64,000 bases of DNA, taken from positions 67,758-131,757 of the forward strand of contig DIQT01000007.1 of the NCBI GenBank assembly GCA_002427365.1. Reading direction: 5' to 3'. Made by a program: the position numbers and the translations under genes. The DNA is from Bacillales bacterium UBA5455 (GTDB lineage: Bacteria; Bacillota_I; Bacilli_A; RFN20; CAG-826). Of this stretch, positions 60,141 through 64,000 are shown piece by piece. The notes under the pieces are model-generated. The model made no database searches. It was given only the letters and a program-made list of their open reading frames with translations, and was not told the origin of the DNA. Each line of letters starts with the position of its first letter. The stretch's first letter is position 1.

Positions 60141-63100
60141 ATGAAACTGAAGAATAAATTACTATTTGGTGTTATTTTCACTAGCTTATTAGTAAGTTGT
60201 GGTGGTAAACCTAGTTTAGAATCTAGTTCAAGTGAACCAAGTTCAAGTGATACAAGTGACGAAGTTTTAGTTGAAAGTGTTAATTTTACAAATCTTGAAA
60301 CATCACTTAAAGTTGGCGATACTTTAACGCTAACTTATGAAGTGTTACCAAGTAACGCGAGTGATAAAAGTGTTAGTTTTGCAGTTGATAGTGAAATCGC
60401 TACTGTTAATGACGCCGGCATTTTAAATGCCTTAGCGGAAGGTAATGTTAACGTAACAATAACGACATTCAGTGGTGCAAAAACGGCAACACTATCTCTT
60501 ACGATTACAGCAAGTGATATACCAAGTAAACTTAATGTTGATGAATATGCCGGCGCTTTAAGTGAAACGCCTTATAGTAGTGCGACACTTATTGGTCAAC
60601 AAAAGTATGGTCTTGTTGATGGAGGAGTCGTTGGTGTTCATGAAGAACTTATTATCGAAAAATATCCATTGCCAAGCGATGAAACGTTTGTGAGCAAAAA
60701 TATTATTAATTATGAAAGTATTACTTTAACGGACGTTAATGAATATTTCACCGAAGTTAGCGAACTTAATGATTTCTATAAATTTCAAACAGCGTTATAT
60801 TTAGCTAAAGCGATTAATGATAAAAATGAAAAAGCTAAAATTACACTACCTGTTGATGGGGTGCTTAATATTGATGCTTCCTTATCCGAAACGTCAACAG
60901 CGTTTAGGATAAGTGGTTTAAAAGAAACGTATATTGAAGGTAATAACGCAACGTTTATTATTCATGTAGATAATTTGAATTGGAAAGGCTTCTTAACTCT
61001 TAGCAATTCAAAAGAAGTTCATTTTGCTAACTTTAAGGTTAAACATGCAATACCCGCTTCTCTAACCGGACAAATAAAATCAATCGGTTCGTTAGAACGG
61101 AGTATGGTTCTTACCGTTGGTCAAGAGTTTTATCCATTACTTGAAGCTTTAAAAACAAATGCGCGTAAAATTCGTTCATGGGTTGAATATGATGTAAGAA
61201 CAAAAGCGCCATTAGAAGGCGGTAACTTTATCGTTGATAGTTTCGATAGTTATACGATTACGGGCTCACGAGATCTTGGCTATGAAATTGAAGTTAATTT
61301 TAAACAAGTTATTAAACGTTCACGGTTACAATCATATGTTGCTCTCCAATTTGCCCAATATGACGCGACAGAAATGAGCGTAAGTAATAGTGAAAATATT
61401 ACAATTGAAAATATGACATTTAATCATGCTTCAGGGATGGCTTTGACGGCAGGCAATGTTAAAAACTTTTATGTTAATCGGTTTAATTTAATACCTTTTG
61501 AAGGTAGTGAAGCCTTAATGACGGCAACAGCTGATGCGATGCACTTTAACCAAATGAGAGGTGATGTCTTTGTTACTAATAGTGTTATTAAATATTCACA
61601 TGACGATGCCTTAAACTTTAAACACGGTTATTGGTATAAACTCATTGATGCAAGTGGCGGAAGTACAAAACAAATTCGTGTGAGCAAAATTACATCAGCA
61701 ATTCCTGAACCAGTCGTTGGTGACAAACTTGCGATTTATAATGAACAAACATTTGAATCACAAAATCCAGCACAAGGATATTATACGGTCTCTTCAATTG
61801 AAGTGAAAAGTACAGAATGGATTATTACAGTTAATGAGCGAATGAGTAATGTTGGTGAATGGGGACCGTGCCGGGTGACTTTCTTCTCAAATACACCAAA
61901 TTTTGTGTTTGCGAATAATATTATTGCTAACAAACGAAATCGTGGTGTGTTAGTTCAAGTTCCAGGTGCAGTTATTGAAAATAATACTTTTATGAATGTT
62001 GGTCATGGCTCAATTCAAGCTGCTTCGGCAATGGATGTTTATAACGAAGCGACAATTCCACATCAATTAACCATTCGTAATAATAAGTTTATTAATAATA
62101 CATATATTACGCCAGAACCCTTATATGGTGACATCTCGATTTTTGCCATTTCAAATAACGCGACTGTTGGCCCAGCGGGAACAATTAGTGGCATCAACAT
62201 TTCAAACAACTTTATCGCACGGAATGGTAATGCTGCAATTAGTTTGCGGGGCGTTAGTGAAACAGGCATCAAAGATAATCTATTTTTTGAAACAAGTCGG
62301 AGTCAACCGTCAGGTTCGCACCTTAATACAATTGTCCATGTGTATAATGGCGCCTCAATTTTGGTTAAAGATAACTATTCGCATTATACACTTGATCAAG
62401 GATTAAGTGGGGTTGTTTTAGAAGGAAAAACATCTCCAAATGATATTAGTTTAGTTAACAATACGAATATTGAGTTCCAAGCAAATAGCGAAAGCGGTCC
62501 GTCCGTTAATATTCAAAAGGCAACATCGGCAATAACGCTTGACGGTAATTTAAGTGAATGGGCAGGCGCGGGGGCCTATGCTGTACCAATTGATGGCGTT
62601 TCTGATGCCGAAGGGAAAGAATTTACTGAAGCCGAACTAAGCGCGCACTTTGCGATAAATTCGCTATATCTTACGCATAGTGATGATGGAATTTATATAG
62701 GATTTGATGTTAAAGATGATTTATTAGATATTCGGACAGTAAATGATTTCTGGTTAGGTGATGCTGTTGAAATATTTATGTCGACAGTCACAAATATGCC
62801 GAATGCTGATTTGATGGTTTATAAAGAAGATGGTGGTGTCTTACAAGCTGCGTTTGCACCAAATTGGGAGTCAAGTAACGGCGTTGCTGTTGCTAGTGTG
62901 AGGACAAACTCAACATACGTAACGAAGATTAATTTGATGCAAACTGCAATTGTCACCACGGCCGAGGGTTATGTAGGCGAAGTGTTCATTCCTTTCGCGA
63001 TGGCACCGGAATTTAAAACGAGTATTGCTGCTGGCGAACCAATTGCCATGGCGATTGTTGTTGCGGATGCTGAACGGGTTGGGGCGGGAATGAAACGAAT

Positions 63101-63182
63101 TCAAATGGGCAATATTCCCCACTTTGTTGAAACTTACAAAACCAAGACCGCAAGAATGCCACTGTACTTCTTTGTTGAATAA
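60141..63182 (+). CDS. large surface lipoprotein: Big_2 Ig-like domain + parallel beta-helix catalytic-like domain + C-terminal carbohydrate-binding-like domain
   Basis: Start ATG 60141 behind GGGAGG. Lipobox LVSCGG. Big_2 pattern (VESVNFTN...LKVGDTLTLTYEVLPSNASD). Beta-helix with TATADAMHF, SHDDALN, VGHGS. Paralog of 58049..60139. Confidence 0.65.
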   Translation: MKLKNKLLFGVIFTSLLVSCGGKPSLESSSSEPSSSDTSDEVLVESVNFTNLETSLKVGDTLTLTYEVLPSNASDKSVSFAVDSEIATVNDAGILNALAEGNVNVTITTFSGAKTATLSLTITASDIPSKLNVDEYAGALSETPYSSATLIGQQKYGLVDGGVVGVHEELIIEKYPLPSDETFVSKNIINYESITLTDVNEYFTEVSELNDFYKFQTALYLAKAINDKNEKAKITLPVDGVLNIDASLSETSTAFRISGLKETYIEGNNATFIIHVDNLNWKGFLTLSNSKEVHFANFKVKHAIPASLTGQIKSIGSLERSMVLTVGQEFYPLLEALKTNARKIRSWVEYDVRTKAPLEGGNFIVDSFDSYTITGSRDLGYEIEVNFKQVIKRSRLQSYVALQFAQYDATEMSVSNSENITIENMTFNHASGMALTAGNVKNFYVNRFNLIPFEGSEALMTATADAMHFNQMRGDVFVTNSVIKYSHDDALNFKHGYWYKLIDASGGSTKQIRVSKITSAIPEPVVGDKLAIYNEQTFESQNPAQGYYTVSSIEVKSTEWIITVNERMSNVGEWGPCRVTFFSNTPNFVFANNIIANKRNRGVLVQVPGAVIENNTFMNVGHGSIQAASAMDVYNEATIPHQLTIRNNKFINNTYITPEPLYGDISIFAISNNATVGPAGTISGINISNNFIARNGNAAISLRGVSETGIKDNLFFETSRSQPSGSHLNTIVHVYNGASILVKDNYSHYTLDQGLSGVVLEGKTSPNDISLVNNTNIEFQANSESGPSVNIQKATSAITLDGNLSEWAGAGAYAVPIDGVSDAEGKEFTEAELSAHFAINSLYLTHSDDGIYIGFDVKDDLLDIRTVNDFWLGDAVEIFMSTVTNMPNADLMVYKEDGGVLQAAFAPNWESSNGVAVASVRTNSTYVTKINLMQTAIVTTAEGYVGEVFIPFAMAPEFKTSIAAGEPIAMAIVVADAERVGAGMKRIQMGNIPHFVETYKTKTARMPLYFFVE

Positions 63183-63222
63183 TGTTGATAATTTGCAAAA
63201 TAATAAAAAGGAGAAAAAGCAA

Positions 63223-64000
63223 ATGAAAAAGAAAAAACTTTCGATTCTACTATTAGCAGTTCTTGCAGTAGGTAGTCTCGCTAGCTGTGGGAAAAACCCA
63301 GACCCAAGTTCGGAAGTTCCCCCCTCATCGGAAAAAACTTCTGAAAAGCCAAGCGAAATTACAAGTGAAAAGCCAAGCGAAGATTCAAGTGAAAAACCAA
63401 GCGTTATTGAACCTATCCGGGTCACTTCAATTAGTTTGAGTGTTGAAAAGACTGCGCTTGATGTTGAACAAGTTACATCTTATGTTGTAAATGTTCTACC
63501 TGTTGATGCTGATGATTTATCTTATATCATTCATGTTGAAAACGATAAAGTTCTTGAACTTGATGAGTCTGCTAAAACAATTAAAGCTCTTGCTGCGGGT
63601 AACAGTAAAGTTATTGCTACTTCCACAGATGGCGGATTTAGCGATGAAGTGAGTATAACTGTTACCGAAACAAGACCACCGGTCTTAAAAATAGAAGGTG
63701 AAAAAGAATTATCAGTTGCGGCTGGTGAAAATCTTACACTTCCCGTTGTTAGCGCAACCGATAGAGATGGTACTGATTTAACATCCGCAATTGAAGTTGA
63801 AGATTTAGCGGAACCAGGAACAATCGTTGGTAACGTCTTTAATGCAAAAATCGCAGGACTTCATATCTTATCATATTATGTTGAAACCGCTGATGGGCGC
63901 TATGCAGAAGATGAAGTAAAAGTTAATGTCGTTCCTGCCCACCCTGAAACATTTGTTACCGAAGGTTATACCGATCCAAGCGTTATTACAACTTATGGCA
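63223..64000 (+). CDS. surface lipoprotein with SEKPSE tandem linker and Big_2 Ig-like domains (5' part, runs off the window)
   Basis: Signal peptide + lipobox LASCGK, (SEKPSE)n linker, Big_2-like repeats. Confidence 0.6.
   Translation, partial: MKKKKLSILLLAVLAVGSLASCGKNPDPSSEVPPSSEKTSEKPSEITSEKPSEDSSEKPSVIEPIRVTSISLSVEKTALDVEQVTSYVVNVLPVDADDLSYIIHVENDKVLELDESAKTIKALAAGNSKVIATSTDGGFSDEVSITVTETRPPVLKIEGEKELSVAAGENLTLPVVSATDRDGTDLTSAIEVEDLAEPGTIVGNVFNAKIAGLHILSYYVETADGRYAEDEVKVNVVPAHPETFVTEGYTDPSVITTYG

Noticed and set aside
62910-63425. 171-aa minus-strand ORF, and 63013..63222(-)
   Set aside because: Antisense to the end of the large lipoprotein gene and to the SEKPSE linker of the next gene. 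The low-complexity translation (GFSLESS repeats) is an artefact of the linker repeats.
1-64000. CRISPR arrays, rRNA genes, restriction-modification, retron/CBASS-like defence operons
   Set aside because: No spacer-repeat arrays, rRNA-like conserved stretches, or ORFs with methyltransferase, nuclease, RT or cyclase hallmarks were seen in any frame.

Overview
This is a low-GC Gram-positive chromosome segment with lipobox Cys lipoproteins, an RDD protein and MalK-type ATPases carrying coiled-coil insertions, a style seen in Acholeplasma- or Erysipelotrichia-like genomes. UGA is a stop codon, shown by an intact RF2 (prfB) programmed +1 frameshift at CTT TGA C. The window has three parts.

(1) 1-22.9 kb, conserved core. 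Genes: dnaX (5' part), prfA, prmC, tsaC, rpiB, comFA, comFC, secA, prfB, a YitT-like protein, uvrB, a hypothetical membrane protein, secG, rnr, a convergent RsmB/F-type methyltransferase, a secreted-protein gene broken by one in-frame TAA, a DUF975-like membrane protein, folD translationally coupled to a ThyX-like gene that lacks the RHR motif, an NAD-dependent epimerase and an M29 aminopeptidase.

(2) 22.9-40 kb, accessory and decaying region around a tRNA-Ala(CGC). It holds a Y-family polymerase + YolD + AraC-HTH cassette, then a very AT-rich acquired block (CopZ-like chaperone, P1B ATPase with a CPG motif, Crp/Fnr regulator). Downstream are an IS1182 transposase fragment fused in frame to an LD-carboxypeptidase fragment, three tandem 21-bp repeats, a class II Fic protein, an SDR, hipBA, several gene fragments (DegV, LacI, an orphan C-terminus), ogt, yccF, an MFS::DUF2804-like fusion, and an orphan OmpR-type regulator with a CAT-family acetyltransferase and a GNAT.

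(3) 40-64 kb, carbohydrate region. Genes: aldose epimerase, fhs, a PncA-like hydrolase and a GH13 enzyme, then a rhamnose / rhamnogalacturonan-type utilisation locus. That locus has a LacI regulator, two AraC regulators, rhaBAD, an LplABC-type ABC system with an insertion-bearing ATPase and an RDD protein, and tandem paralogous beta-helix (plus Big_2 / CBM-like) surface lipoproteins that are candidate new pectin-degrading enzymes.

No CRISPR, rRNA, integrase or recognisable defence operon was found.
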